64,000 nt of DNA, from NCBI RefSeq assembly GCF_037042905.1, contig NC_087251.1, positions 11,410,001 to 11,474,000 of the forward strand. The letters are read 5' to 3'. This DNA is from Lytechinus pictus (lineage: Eukaryota). The translations under genes were made by a program, and so were the position numbers. The notes beneath the pieces are model-generated. The model had not been told where the DNA came from. It was given only the letters and a program-made list of their open reading frames with translations, and did not search any database. Numbering within the stretch: position 1 is the stretch's first letter; each line of letters begins with the position of its first letter. This document shows positions 12,913-25,656 of this stretch, piece after piece.

Positions 12913-13515
12913 AGGACAAGTCCAACCCAACAAAAAGTTGATTGGGATAAAAAGAGAAAAATCCAACAAGTATAGCACTGAAAATTTCATCAAAATCGGA
13001 TGTAAAATAAGAAAGTTATGACATTTTAAAATTTCGCTTAATTTCACAAAATAGTTATATACACATCCTGGTCGGTATGCAAATGAGGGAACTGATGACA
13101 TCACTCATTCACTATTTCTTTTGTATTTTATTATATGAAATATGAAATATTTTGATTTTCTCATCATTGTCATGTGAAATGAAGTTTCATTCCTCCCTGA
13201 ACTGGTGGAATTCCATTATTTTAACATTTTGTGCTTCAGGCAAGGAGGTCCTAATCGTCAAATTCGCAAAAATTGAAATATTGTATAATTCAAACAATAA
13301 AAAACATAAGAAATAGTGAGTGAGTGACATCATCGACTCTCTCATTTGGATGTAACTGGCTCGTTCATATAACTATTTTGTTAAAAATAAGCGAAACTTT
13401 GAAATGTCATAACTTTCTTATTTTACATCCGATTTTGATGAAATTTTCAGCATTGTGCTTGTCTGATTTTTCTCTATTGATTCAAATCAACATTTTTGTG
13501 AGGTGGACTTGACCT
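12913..13515. mobile_element. TTAA-flanked Kolobok-like MITE, well preserved
   Basis: TTAA|AGGACAAGTCCA ... TGGACTTGACCT|TTAA with long imperfect inverted arms; sibling at 45361-45941. Confidence 0.85.
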
Positions 13516-15051
13516 TTAAGCAATATTTTCTTCTCACAAATATTTTGGGAGGATTTGCTGCTTGTGTCATTTTACAGGTGAACTTTTTCATTTTTTTATT
13601 TGACCCAAACCTTGCCTTCATTCTTGGTTTCCTTGTTCACTGAATTATTGCAAGTGAAAAAGAAAAATAATCAATCACATCCTGAAAGAAACTCATTAAT
13701 TTGATAGTCATTCTTCTATGATCTCTCTCTCTCTCTCTCTCTTCCTCTTTCAGAAAATAATTACAAAAAGAGAGAGGGTAACATTGGGAGAATAGAGAAA
13801 TAGAGAGGGATGTTGGTGAATATTATCATATAAAATCTGCATAGAGTGTCCATGGAGTATTCATTTGAAAACTAATTGAGTAATTGTTTACATGTATTTC
13901 CCGATCATCGAACATTCAAATGATTTTACCTCCGAATAATCCCACATTATGATTGATCTTTCAAATCTTCTTTGTAATTCTATACTATCTGCGTACTTCA
14001 GAAAACAAAATTCTTTCTCTTCTCTTAGTTAAAAGCTTCCTCTCTGACTCAAGAAACCAATTAGACAAGAAAAAAAATTAGCTGCGATTACAATGCCACC
14101 AAGAGTGCTTGTTGGTAATTGACTCTAGTTTTCATCTTTTGAAGAAAAAAAAAACACTTATTGTGATTGTATATTTGAAGTCGATTGTGTTGTCACTCTA
14201 AAAGAGTAAGTTTTATTGAAAATTTCTTACTGGAATTCAAAATTTCCAAATTGTTTACTATATCTTTTGTCATCATATCAGGAGGGGGGAAGGGGTTTCC
14301 CAGTTGCATGCAGTATTTATTGTATCACCACATTGGTTAAATCATGCCAATGTCATGTGATCTGACGTGATCTAAAATCGGGAGTATTGTCTGAGTCTTT
14401 GTGAAACACTCCCCTTTTCAGGGCCCTCTGACATAAAAGGTAAATTCAATGGTAAAATTCATCATAACTAATTATATGGTAAGCTATAAAAGAGGAGCTA
14501 TCAGTTCTAAACATTTATTAATCATAAGACTAATTTTATGATTGATTACATTAATATTTAATGTAAAAATCAATTGTACAATCTTACTAATTTAGTTTGA
14601 TGTTTCCCAGGTTGATAAAACATACACAATAACAGATTATAACACAATTTATCTGTTATCACAGTTAAATTCAATTCCTCAAGCTCATATAAATTAATTT
14701 CAGTAATACTGATAGGTTTTACATACCTGTATTTTTCATAATCGCTTGTAGATTTGCAGAATATGTCTAGAACAGCGGTGTTCACGAATGGAAGGTCTAA
14801 GAAAGCAATGAAGCTTCCATTAAAGTATAAAAGAGTTGCATGTTCAAGTGATATTTAGATTGTCATTAATGTAATATATCTTTCTCATCTACATCCAACT
14901 TGTTTTATACATCTAGTAACCTAGAAACATTATCTATACTGATAGTTCTTCTGTCTCCTTTTTGAATAAAATTCTTCCTTTATGCATCTCTTTAGTTTTA
15001 TTAGCCAATACAGTCATGTTAAAATACTTTTTGTATTTTTTGTTCTTATAG

Positions 15052-15111
15052 GTGAAAGTCCTGACTAAAGAGTGGGCTTCCAAGTGGAAGGAAACACAGA
15101 ACCTTCTTGAG
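15052..15111 (+). CDS. KIF16B: KIF16B exon (VKVLTKEWASKWKETQNLLE)
   Basis: ttatag|GTG...GAG|gtattt; conserved kinesin-3 LTKEW..KW.ET motif. Confidence 0.93.
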
Positions 15112-15636
15112 GTATTTAATTTATTTAAAAAAAAATTGTTTCAATATTTGCCGTGGAAGGAGTATCAGCTAGATATTTGGTGGTGTTTCATGAAAAAAAC
15201 TCTAATTACAAATTTCACTTAAATTCTCTGATGGTGTGTTACGTATTACATTGATTACTACATTGTTGAGAATAAGCCTATGTGCTGCGTATTAATCAAT
15301 GAGATGATACATTAGATATCAGGAATACATTGTCTCTAAAGCATTTCTGTTACGAATACATTGGATGTGAATCATTTCTTATAGTCATATTTAAATCTTT
15401 GTAAAACACCCCCTTGAACTAATGAAACATTTCAAGATTCTTTGCACAGAATGCAATATTTTGATGGCATGGCCGCACAGTAGATGCCATCTACCAGTTA
15501 CTGAATAAATCCGGTACTCCTTTAAAATTCTTGCTGCCAAAGTGTTACCCAAAGAATGAATACATTGTAAGTTCAACTTTAATATGCTTGGAGATATCTT
15601 TCCAATAAATATAGTTATCATAGTATATGTTGCACC

Positions 15637-15780
15637 TGGGATCCTTTTCATAAAGATTTACAACTATGGTAACCTTGCCTTTATTGTAAATACCACAGAA
15701 AGCTAGATTGTGATTGGCTGCTGAGCCCAGTTACCATGGTAAAGTTACCATATCTGTAACTTTTTATGAAACATCCCCCC
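15637..15780. mobile_element. Short MITE relic
   Basis: gggatccttttcataaag...atggtaac mirrored by gttaccat...ttttatgaaacatcccc. Confidence 0.55.
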
Positions 15781-15996
15781 CTCGATTACCTCCATATTTG
15801 TGCTGCTGCGGTAGCTAGCAGTGCACGGCAAAGTGTTATGACACAATGAAATGTCAAAGGTTTTGACCGAGTAATTTTTAAAAATCTTTCCCAGTGCATA
15901 AGTGTCAAATTCCTATGAAATTTAATTCTTGACAGTCTTTGAAATAATATTCAGATTCCCACCTGCATGACCCTAACTAACTTTTCCTGATCACAG

Positions 15997-16168
15997 GAAC
16001 GGACGCTAGCCCTGAGGTCAGAAGGTGTCGGGGTGGTGCTGGACTCGGAGCTTCCTCATCTGAGTGTGATTGATGATGATCCGTTGAGTACTGGTCTTAA
16101 GCTCTACCATATCAAGGAAGGAACCACCACTGTAGGTCACCAAGATGCTGATAATAAATGTGATATCA
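15997..16168 (+). CDS. KIF16B: KIF16B exon, start of FHA region (ERTLALRSEGVGVVLDSELPHL...CDI)
   Basis: cacag|GAA...ATC A|gtaagt. Confidence 0.95.
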
Positions 16169-17441
16169 GTAAGTCAGTCAGTCATCCAGGTTTCATGTCC
16201 CTGACTACGGGGGCAGCCAGATTCACCTTGCACTGTCAGAGTTCACCCTCTCTCTCTCTCCACTGTTCAGTGCATCCTCCTCCCTCAACCTAACCATCCT
16301 CCTTTCCTCCACCACCTGCTTCTTCCATGTCCACTTCAGTCATCTCCTTCCCCTCTAACCAGCCACCTTGAACTCAACCACCCTTCTCTAAACATGATCA
16401 TTATCCCTCCTGAACACATCTCCATACCTACATATTGAAAAAGTGCACAATGGAATCTGTCATGTTGTTATGACGTTGACACAAAACCCATATTAGTCAG
16501 ACTTTCAGGCATCATTGTATGAATTTCACTGAAATTTACTCAAAGTGCACCTTTAAGGTGACATTGATATTGGTGCAAAACATAAGGAATTTCACTCCTT
16601 CAACATTGTAATGTTGAGAGAAATTTTGCAAATCTGCCAGACAGCTCACTTCTTCAACAAGCTTTATTGTATGTCGCTGCAGATGAGGAGTCTCAATCAA
16701 TATTTGGGCTTTTATTTTTGTCTTCTTTGAGGTCAGCATTCTGACCTATGTGTAATTAATACTTGTAGTGATCAGTATTGTGATGGATACAACTTTTTAA
16801 ACAAAAATTATCAAACCCTATCAACTTGTTTTCAGCCAGAGGAAATGGGAATTTTTAATGAAAAGTTTTGTCAGTGATATTTATCGACAGTATTGCTGTT
16901 GGTTAATCAGATGCAATGATTTCAGTTGTTTCTAACAAAGGTCAATGAAGATGACTATCTTCCTAAATCGGCAATTATTCATGGAGTCTTTCTGAAAATG
17001 GAATGATTTCAGCATCCGAATTTTAATATCTGTGTGATTCTTTCATTGATTATGATTACTTTCATTAGATTATGTTTAGTTGAGGAAGGCCTCCATAATC
17101 AACTCTTATTCCTATCCAAGAAATATAAAGTTTAATTACTTGGATTTATCATGTACTTCCCATTTAAATATTTGGTGCAGATCATATAATATATTGAGCA
17201 GCTTTTACAGCCACATGCACACTCCCTACCCCCCTCCCCCTTATCATTGCTGCATATCATTTTTCTCTCTTCATTTACGATTCCTCTTATTTCTTTTCTA
17301 ATGATCTTATTTCCTGCTGTTCCTCATGTTGCCATCCCTCTTTTTGTTTCCCATCCCTTCTTTTGACAATAATGTACATTAAGCATCATACTCTCGACTG
17401 TATCACTAATCAAAAGATGTTTTCCATGCTTTCCTCTTCAG

Positions 17442-17579
17442 TGCTAATAGGCCATGACATCCACGATGAGCATTGTCGTATTGTGTGTACCAATGGTAAG
17501 GTGGTATTACACTCAATCCAAGGGGCAGACTGTGCAGTCAATGGCAAGGCTATCACGGAACCAACCAAGCTTACACAAG
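17442..17579 (+). CDS. KIF16B: KIF16B exon, FHA domain (LIGHDIHDEHC...VNGKAITEPTKLTQG)
   Basis: cttcag|TG...CAA G|gttagt; EHC and VNG motifs of the kinesin-3 FHA domain. Confidence 0.95.
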
Positions 17580-19509
17580 GTTAGTGAGGCAGAAGATTCC
17601 GTGTTTACATTTCAGAGTTGCATGGGGAGTGAAATGTATTTTAAAGGGTTTCAATGACTTTGTGGAAACTTAAATGATAATTGTGACACAATGTTACTTA
17701 TAAAATGTTATATTCATGTTTCATCTTTATCCCTGAGGCAGGGGGAGGCCCCGGAAAATTTGTATGATAAATTGTGATTGGCAACAATGCATTGACTCAT
17801 TAATTTTTATTGCTTATCATTTCTGATGTCATAATGTAGACACTTCAATATGATTTTATTTAGATAGATTTACAAAGAACCGGTAGTATGAAGGATTTGA
17901 ACTGAGTGATATAATAATCAACTTATCTATGACTTAATGGTGCTTTCATGAAATGGTTTTATGGTACCCTTTTACAACCCTGCTGTCTATAATAAAGGAA
18001 AATCACCTGGAAATTTCAATCTTTTGCACATCTTCTTCATCATTTAAAGCACATGATTCTTTAATATGAACAAAAAGGTTAAATATTTTTATTGGTAAAA
18101 GAAGATTATAAAAAGATTAGTTTCATTTAAAGGTATATGTAACATTAGATGAAAACTGTAAGCAGGTTGCTGCCTTTGTAGTATTTAATTTTAATGCAAC
18201 TGAAGAAATCTTTCTTTTTTATGAGAAGAATAGCATACAGCAAGTAACAGGGAAGAAATGTTTTCAATGAAAACAGGGGATGTGACACAAGAAGAGGCAA
18301 AAGAATATTGATGCATATACAAACTAATCACTTTTGAAATAATATCTGATTTCAAATCATTTTGCTAAAGATCCCTTATAAATTGGAATTAATTGAATTG
18401 ATGTTTGTAGTCCAATCAGGAGAAATTTGTTTATATGTAATGGAGCTGCATTGTTTTTGTATCTATGAGTGTTTATATTGATATTTTTTGTAATCATGCC
18501 AGCTGATCACAAAGGTCGATACTCTTAAGTAGACATTGAATATAATGAATACTTAATCTTGAATATTTACATCAATAACTGGGATATACTCATTTGATTT
18601 GCTAGTTCATTACGATTAACTTGCACGCCGAATAAAAGTACACAATTTTTCCTGCGCGCGCGCAGCATCTCCCTACGCACGCACTATCCCAAGATCATCA
18701 CGCAAAAAGGCGTCCATTTCCTCTTTTACTTTCGCCTGCCGCCGTGAGCAGACGTTAGCTAAGTACACTCCCACTTTTCTATAAAAAGTGTCCGTTGTTT
18801 ACATATTTATCTATGTATTTACAGCCTATTTCAATCCTTTGCCTTCGACTATAGACTGATTTCATTTATATCATAGTGCATGGAGCATTCGTGTTATTAT
18901 TCACGTTTTTCTTTAAATAAACTTGTGAGTTCCGAACGTCAGTTTCGTTTTCTCACAGACGGGTTGCTTCCGCTTCCCTTACCCGTAGCTCCGTGCTCTA
19001 TTCCTGCGTGCCGCAGGCATTGATACGACGCCAAATCTTTTTAATTCTTTATTATTCTTGACTTGCACCTTTGCCTCGTCTTGAATTGAATTGATTTTAT
19101 ATTCCTCCCCACAGCTTAGGCTATGGGACAGATAGGAGCGTCGTCCTTGTTTGTTCTCAAACTTGTTTTCAACTTGTTCCTTTGTGAGTTGGTTGATTGT
19201 CTCAATCAATATTTTGTTTTTGTTTGATTAATTGATTGATTGATTAATTAATGAATTTATTAATTGTTAATTAACCAATTGGTTAATTGTTTAATTATTA
19301 ATTAATTTTAATAATTATTTTTGTATTGAAATTTTTTTTTTTTTAGACTTATTGTCTTAAAAAAAATTTTCTCTTAAATTTTTTTGGGAAGCCCCCCTGT
19401 TTTCTATTAGCGTCCTTTAAAAAAGTTTTCGGCTTTCCAGTTTAAGGGAAGTAAGTTTTTACTTCTTCCTTTCAGATCAGCTCCTTTACTTATTTCTTTT
19501 GACCCTTGT

Positions 19510-19554
<45 letters not shown>

Positions 19555-19649
19555 TTTTTTTTTTTTCTTAGCTGATCCTGCTCTTCGTCCTTGGACTTAG
19601 ACGTTTCTGTTTTTAATTAATTAACGTCATGTTTACGTGTAATTGATTC

Positions 19650-19680
<31 letters not shown>

Positions 19681-20024
19681 TAGTTTTTTTTTCTCACTTC
19701 AGCTTCTTAACTTTGTTTGATCTCATGTTTAAGAAGTCGATCCTGTTCTTCCGAAGTTATTAATTTTATTATTAATATTTCTGATAAGGATCTTGCTTTG
19801 TCACCTTTCTTGTCCACCCACCCCTCCGCCCCCTCTCTGTCTTCGACCCTCCTTTTGTTCTTTCAGCTAAGAACTTACCAGGTAGATGAGCTCTTTTGAC
19901 TCATCTCCTGATGACTCCAAACCTGCCGCTGGGAGAGAACCAGACATGGTATTATTGTTCCCGTGATCAGCGGCGGTGAGTATGAGGGCAAGAGAGTGAG
20001 ACCCTTTGCGATGGGCTCTATAAA

Positions 20025-20520
20025 GGGTGGAACCGTGGAGTTGCGTCCACGTGCCTTGGAAAAAGGAGGGTGGAACCGTGGAGTTGCGTCCACGTGCCCA
20101 AGAGGGTGGAACCGTGGAACCGCGCCCACGTACCCGAGCGTTTTAGGGTGGAACCGTGGCGCAGCGGCCACGTGCCTGAAAGGTGATAGCCAAGGCTCCC
20201 TCGATGGGACCTGAACCTATTTTGGGGAGTGTGGTACTAGTATAGAAAACTTCACTCCTCCAGGGCTGCTTTACCCACCGGCTATCGGGTCCATCAAGTC
20301 CGGGTTAAGAGCATGGGACTCTTTTCCCGGCACAGACTAGGCTCGATGTTTTGTCAGCCTCCTTCAGGGAGCATTAGCAAAGGGCTACCAGCCCCTAGTC
20401 GCTAGAGACACGTGAGCTCGACTCCGTCATTCTCACGATTATCTGATCAGGGTGGAACTGTGGAATCGCGTCCACGTGCCCTTAAAGGTGGAACCGTGGA
20501 ATTAGCGTTCATGTGCCTAA
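20025..20520. repeat. About 40-bp GC-rich repeats inside DIRS (gggtggaaccgtgga..gcgtccacgtgcc)
   Basis: Four copies at 20025-20177 and two more at about 20449-20518. Confidence 0.85.
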
Positions 20521-20764
20521 ACGGCTTGATCAGATTTGGGTGATTTTTCTCATGCGAGATATTACGTCCCCCCTGTCTCTTGTGCCCTATTCTGCCCCCC
20601 GGCGGGGGCCGCATAGAAGAGGAAGAAGAAGAAATTCTAGGTTGCTAACCCCGCTTCGCGGGCAGACCCTTTCTTTCTAATTCTTGTGCCGATGGTCAGG
20701 CGTCGTAACTTCATGTTACAACAGAACGCCCTCGAGCATCACAGATTTTTATCCTCATGCTCTC

Positions 20765-21260
20765 TGTCAGCTAAAACCGCCGTGTCAAACACCAGGCAGG
20801 TCAAGCAGACATTCGCCATCTCACACCTCGGAGAGTCACCGGCAATTTCATGATTCGCCGGCGCACGCACCTGCAAGGGAAATTCCCGCTAATACACAGG
20901 TGTTATCGACATACGGGCATCGCCCCCCATTATGTCACCAGACTCCCGATAATTGTGGGTCACGCGTCGCAACTCTCATGTTGCTTCACACGCCCACGAG
21001 CAGTGCGGGTAAATTCCCCCACGCTTCATGTCAGCTTCAGCCGCCGTGTCAAGCACCGGGCAGGCCAAGCAGACATTCGCCATTTCATACCTCGGAGAGT
21101 CACCGGCAATTTCATGATTCGCCGGCTCACGCACCTGCAAGGGAAATTCCCGCTAATACACAGGTGTTATTGACATACGGGCATCGTCCCCATTATGTCA
21201 CCAGACTCCCGCTTCATGTCAGCTTTAGCCGCCGTGCTAAGCACCGTGCGGTTCAAGCAG
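20765..21260. repeat. About 263-bp tandem duplication inside DIRS
   Basis: tgtcagc...cagactccc block at about 20765 and 21029; partial third copy at about 21217. Confidence 0.88.
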
Positions 21261-21679
21261 TCACCTGCCCTCTCACGCCGGGCTTTTATTGAAACGCTGT
21301 TCACCTACACGGTGACCCCGTTTCCATGCAGGTGCTTCCAACATACGGCTTTCAAGCCAACATGTCGGCAAGCTCTCGATGACCGACGGCTGGACGTTGC
21401 ATCCTTACAGGTTGCATCAACACGTCCCGAGCATTACGGGTTCTTACCCTCGTGTTCTCCGTCATTACAGACCGCCGCTACGCGACGGCTGGGCTTATCA
21501 ACAGCCTCGCACCAGCCACCGGCCCTTTTCTTTGAAATTGCCGGCCCTTTTCACCCGCACGGGTGTTTTCATGATATGCACAGGTGCTGCTGACGTATGG
21601 GTCTCACCCAGCAAGTCGGCAAGCCCTCGTATGTCGCTGGTTGGTCGCTGCAGCCGCTTGACTGTTTTCTGTCGGTCTT

Positions 21680-23420
21680 ATTGCCGGTGACGGGCATTGA
21701 GCGGATTGAGTTTCTCCCGCCAGCCCGCACTCCGGGGAGCCGTCGGCGAGTTCACCTGCATGGGTATCCCCCATTAATATGCAGGTACTCCCGAATTCGC
21801 CCTCTACGTCAAGCCTCACAGTTTGACCGGGCATCGCTTTCGGCAACGGCTCTTTCAGCGGTAACTCTCTCCATTCTACCCCCTAGGCGGGCCTGTAGAT
21901 TGGAGGTAAGATTTTCTAACATACCGCATGCCTTCCTTCTCTCATGAGAATGTTTGGCTATCCGATAGACTGCCCTCTATGTGGGTCAAGCTTGCGGGCG
22001 TCTCCGCCGCTTCCTCGTGTGGAGTGGGCTACGGTCGATGCATTTACCGTGCCCGTGTGTCGAGTTGTCTTTTTTTTAGAAGCTTTTTCAATCGGCACAC
22101 TTGAGTCGCCTCGCAGGCTGCTTTCATCCTCCTTCCATGCTATGTATGTGACCGAGGATGATGTAATCGTGGTGGATATACATTTATGTATAAAATGTAA
22201 ACGTGTGTGTATGCATACTTATGCCTGTCTAACCACGATCACCACGACCCGCTTTCTCTCGGGCCGACTGTGGATGAGTCCCTCCATGAAAGTGATTTAC
22301 TTCACTGGAGTTCTTCTTTTTAGAAGCATAGATTCTCATCCCCCGCTGCTTAGGGCGTCATTTTTGCCGCCCCCCGCAGTTTCTCGGAACTCCTTATCTT
22401 ACCGATATCGGACTGTTCCATGCTGTTGCAACCGGCGCCGGCGGTGCTTGCCCTTGCGATCACCAGAGAAACCAGGCCTTGTGGCTGTTTTCGTAAACAA
22501 CTGGTTCTCATCGCAGACTGAGGGAAATATTGGTGATTATTTTCCTCAAGTCGCCTTTCTCCTCCGCTTGTTTCGTCAAGCGAGGACTTAGACACTCTTA
22601 GCCAGTTTCCGTCCCTAACCTTGATAGGACAGGGCCGTTGTTACCTCACTCGATCCCGTCGGGAACGTAACTGTTGAGGTATCATGTCTGGCGTTGTCTG
22701 TTGGTTCAGAACATCTTGACCGACATCTCTTGATCATCGTTTACACGTAAGATCATGACAGAGACATTGTTCGCCAGCTCATCTCTGGCGTACGCTTGCT
22801 GCGACTAGGGATTACTCCGCTCAGCGGACATCCATCGTAGCCTAGTCTTACGGACCCTCTCGGCGATGGTGGCTTCAGCCAAACCACCGCCCACCTCTCC
22901 CGCCGCGGGCACTGCACCCTCGGGCGGGTGTTTTATTTAGTACGGGACAAAAGGGATCCGCTGTCTATCACACTTATTATGTCGTGATGCGTGCCGCGTT
23001 TTTCTCCGACACGCCCGTTTGAGCTGCTTTGACCAGACTGTTCTATTCTACATAGACAGCAGGTCCGTGGCATTTTCTTATTAACAGAATGGCACTCAGT
23101 CGCCTTTCTCGACACATTGACTGCCTTACGAGTGGTTTACTTCAACCTTACTCTCTGTCGTTCCATGTCCTTTTCGGACCGCTGGAAACGTCCTGCCACA
23201 GCTCTCTATCAGAATTCTGCAGATGTTCTGCCCTCACGCATTTGAGACAGATATCGAATTCTGGGCGCCTTCTCCCACGCGGGGGCTTCTGAGTTATCTC
23301 GCATTCCTTACGTTTGCATGGTTGCGGCTTGGCTTAAATTATTAAGCCGGTGACTTGACCGTGGCTTTTATTAGCCCCGCTGTCGCCTTCTCAGATTGAT
23401 TGATGGATCACTTACTGAAC
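21680..23420 (+). pseudogene. Highly degenerate DIRS RT/RNase H remnant
   Basis: Fragmentary motifs in the expected order: EWATVDAFTVPV (about 22022; cf. DAYFHVPI), a TD..G.G-like segment near 22850, and an INRMG/GT.S-like segment near 23080; many frameshifts. Confidence 0.45.
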
Positions 23421-23871
23421 CGTACAAGTTTCAGTCTTCCGATCACGATTCTTGTCGAAATTTTCAACAAAATCGGATCGTTTTTTGATCATCGGCAATT
23501 ATCATCCCTCCGGTTACGGATGATTAATACCTTCAATCCGAATCTTACAACCTCTTAAGTTTTTCTCAAACGTTGAGCTTGTATGGCTTAGTCCGTCATG
23601 GCACATGTCGGTCGTTCTTGACGCTTGACTAACTCCCTCTTGGGTCGGTTTTCAGGGTATCTTTTGTCTGTCTATCAGTCGAGATCCCTCCTGTATCTGT
23701 TTATATATAACCATTTACAGTACAAAGCTTTGCATACTTATGCATTGCTCCCGGACCGTTGCCAGGATAGGCTTAGATTAGGTGTTACTTCTAACCCTCG
23801 TCTTTGTTTGCCATTCTTCAGACAATTCCCAACTCTGTGCAGTTGGTTGTTTTGTCGCGCGAGCCGTTTGC

Positions 23872-24070
23872 GGCAGCTTCTCGAGACATCTTCTCACGCT
23901 GGATTGTTGAAACGATCAAGTCAGTTGGTGATGATGTTCTCCTTCTGACACTAGGCCGAGGGCCCATGATATTATAGTATTATTCTTCTTGGGCTCTTTC
24001 TATGGAATCGTCGTATACGACATCTTGAGGACCGCCTTTTTGGCGCTCTTCTAATTCCTTGTCCTTAAGG
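23872..24070 (+). pseudogene. DIRS tyrosine recombinase C-terminal remnant
   Basis: Reads across frameshifts as AASRDIFSRWIVETIK ... RAHDI ... SSWAL ... DILRTAF-WRSSNS, matching the DIRS YR pattern SRW..RAH.TR..SWA..DI..AA.W. Confidence 0.75.
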
Positions 24071-24807
24071 ACCTTTCTTCACATGAGGCCTTATTTACCT
24101 CCTCTGTCCTTAAGGCAGCGGCCTTTCGTGTCTTCATCTCCCTATTTTTGTACGCACTTTCTTAGTCTAGACATGCCTCCCTTCACGTTGAATCCGTGTT
24201 GGTCTAGCAAATCAAATGAGTATATCCCAGTTATTGATGTAAATTATGAAAATACTTACCATGATTTTCTTATTTACGAGATAACTGGATATACTCATTT
24301 GAACCCTCCCACCGACCCCTCGCCTTGCGTGGCAACATGTCTTGCGTTCAGGCTCATGAGAGGAAATGGACGCCTTTTTGCGTGATGATCTTGGGATAGT
24401 GCGTGCGTAGGGAGATGCTGCGCGCGCGCAGGAAAAATTGTGTACTTTTATTCGGCGTGCAAGTTAATCGTAATGAACTAGCAAATCAAATGAGTATATC
24501 CAGTTATCTCGTAAATAAGAAAATCATGGTAAGTATTTTCATACTTGATGAAATACATGTAGAGATCTTCAGTAATGTATTCAGTAATGTGTGTAATAGG
24601 AATATACTCTCAATTAGATATGCTGAGCTGACGGTTTGATTGATATATCACTGCTGGCTAGGTATTTAATCACAGTAGATAGTAAGGTACCATGAACTGT
24701 AGTTTCTCGAGAACTTGTATTTTGACGTCAGCCCTTTGGAGTCTCATAGTCAATCAGAGGCAACACAAGATGAAAACATTTAGATTTTTTTTTCTTTTTT
24801 TCTTCAG

Positions 24808-24967
24808 GTTGTTTTCTGTCTATCGGTCAGAGCAATCTCTTCCGCTTTAAGCACCCTGCTGAAGCTAGGAGATTAAGAAAAGAACTGAAATCCAAATCCA
24901 TGAACGATCTCTCTCTCTACCGATCCATGGACAATCTTCTTGCACCGTTGTCCTTTTCTCCGTTTGG
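24808..24967 (+). CDS. KIF16B: KIF16B exon, end of FHA (GCFLSIGQSNLFRFKHPAEARRLR...SPFG)
   Basis: cttcag|GT...TTT GG|gtaagc; FRF.HP.EA motif. Confidence 0.95.
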
Positions 24968-25656
24968 GTAAGCACTAAATTAACAAACTAAGAAAACATG
25001 CACAATTTGTGACACTTTATGTGCAAGGAGAATAAGATCTCACTGATACAGGCAGTATTACAGCCCCCTCCCCTTCCCCCCCTGATTCTCAAGCAGTTTT
25101 GGGGTGGGATGGTTGGAAGAGAAGGAAAATTAAGGAAGAAAGAAGAAACAGTATCAGAAGTGAGGTCTGGATTATAACACTGCAGTATACAACTCCTGAT
25201 ATTCCATTAAGAAAGAAAAATATATTTCAGCCCCTCCCAAAAAAAAAAAATTAATAAAAAAAAGTAAATAAATAAATAAAGTAAAATATAAAAAAAAGAA
25301 TGAAATAAAAACCACACAAATACAAATGAAATTCCCTGGTTCTGCCTCTTTATTGATACTGTTCTGTTATTATCGATCTGTGAAATATAGAAAGTACTTC
25401 AAATACGTGGGATTTTTTTCTACAATCATGTGACATTGATGCTTCATTAACCTGTAAACTGCCTAAGCTTTCCCTCAAAAATGCACCCCAAAGAGCTAAA
25501 AAAAATTAAATAAATAAATAGGAAATAAAAGCTTTAAATTTGAATTGCTTAAAGATGCAAGTGATATTGAATAAGATAATACCTTTGCATTCAAAATTGA
25601 TATATTTCAATAATCTTCTCTATTAATACTAAATAGGTTCATTATTGCGGAATGAA

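Larger units (their letters stand above)
18565..24543 (+). mobile_element. DIRS1-type tyrosine-recombinase retrotransposon, coding-dead, in a KIF16B intron
   Basis: Inverted terminal repeats of about 150 bp (18575-18723 and 24359-24507); internal complementary region about 24204-24302 matches both outer ends; degenerate RT, RNase H and YR motifs; GC-richer than flanks. Confidence 0.92.

Noticed and set aside
12892..13512. Similar ORFs on both strands (LKCHNFLILHPILMKFS)
   Set aside because: Inverted arms of the TTAA MITE, not a transposase
20025..20177. CRISPR-like regularly spaced repeats
   Set aside because: Spacers are only about 10 nt, there are no cas genes, and the context is a eukaryotic retroelement
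20684..22591. Several 100-215-aa ORFs in the GC-rich block
   Set aside because: They arise from tandem duplications and frameshifted DIRS remnants; no intact domain
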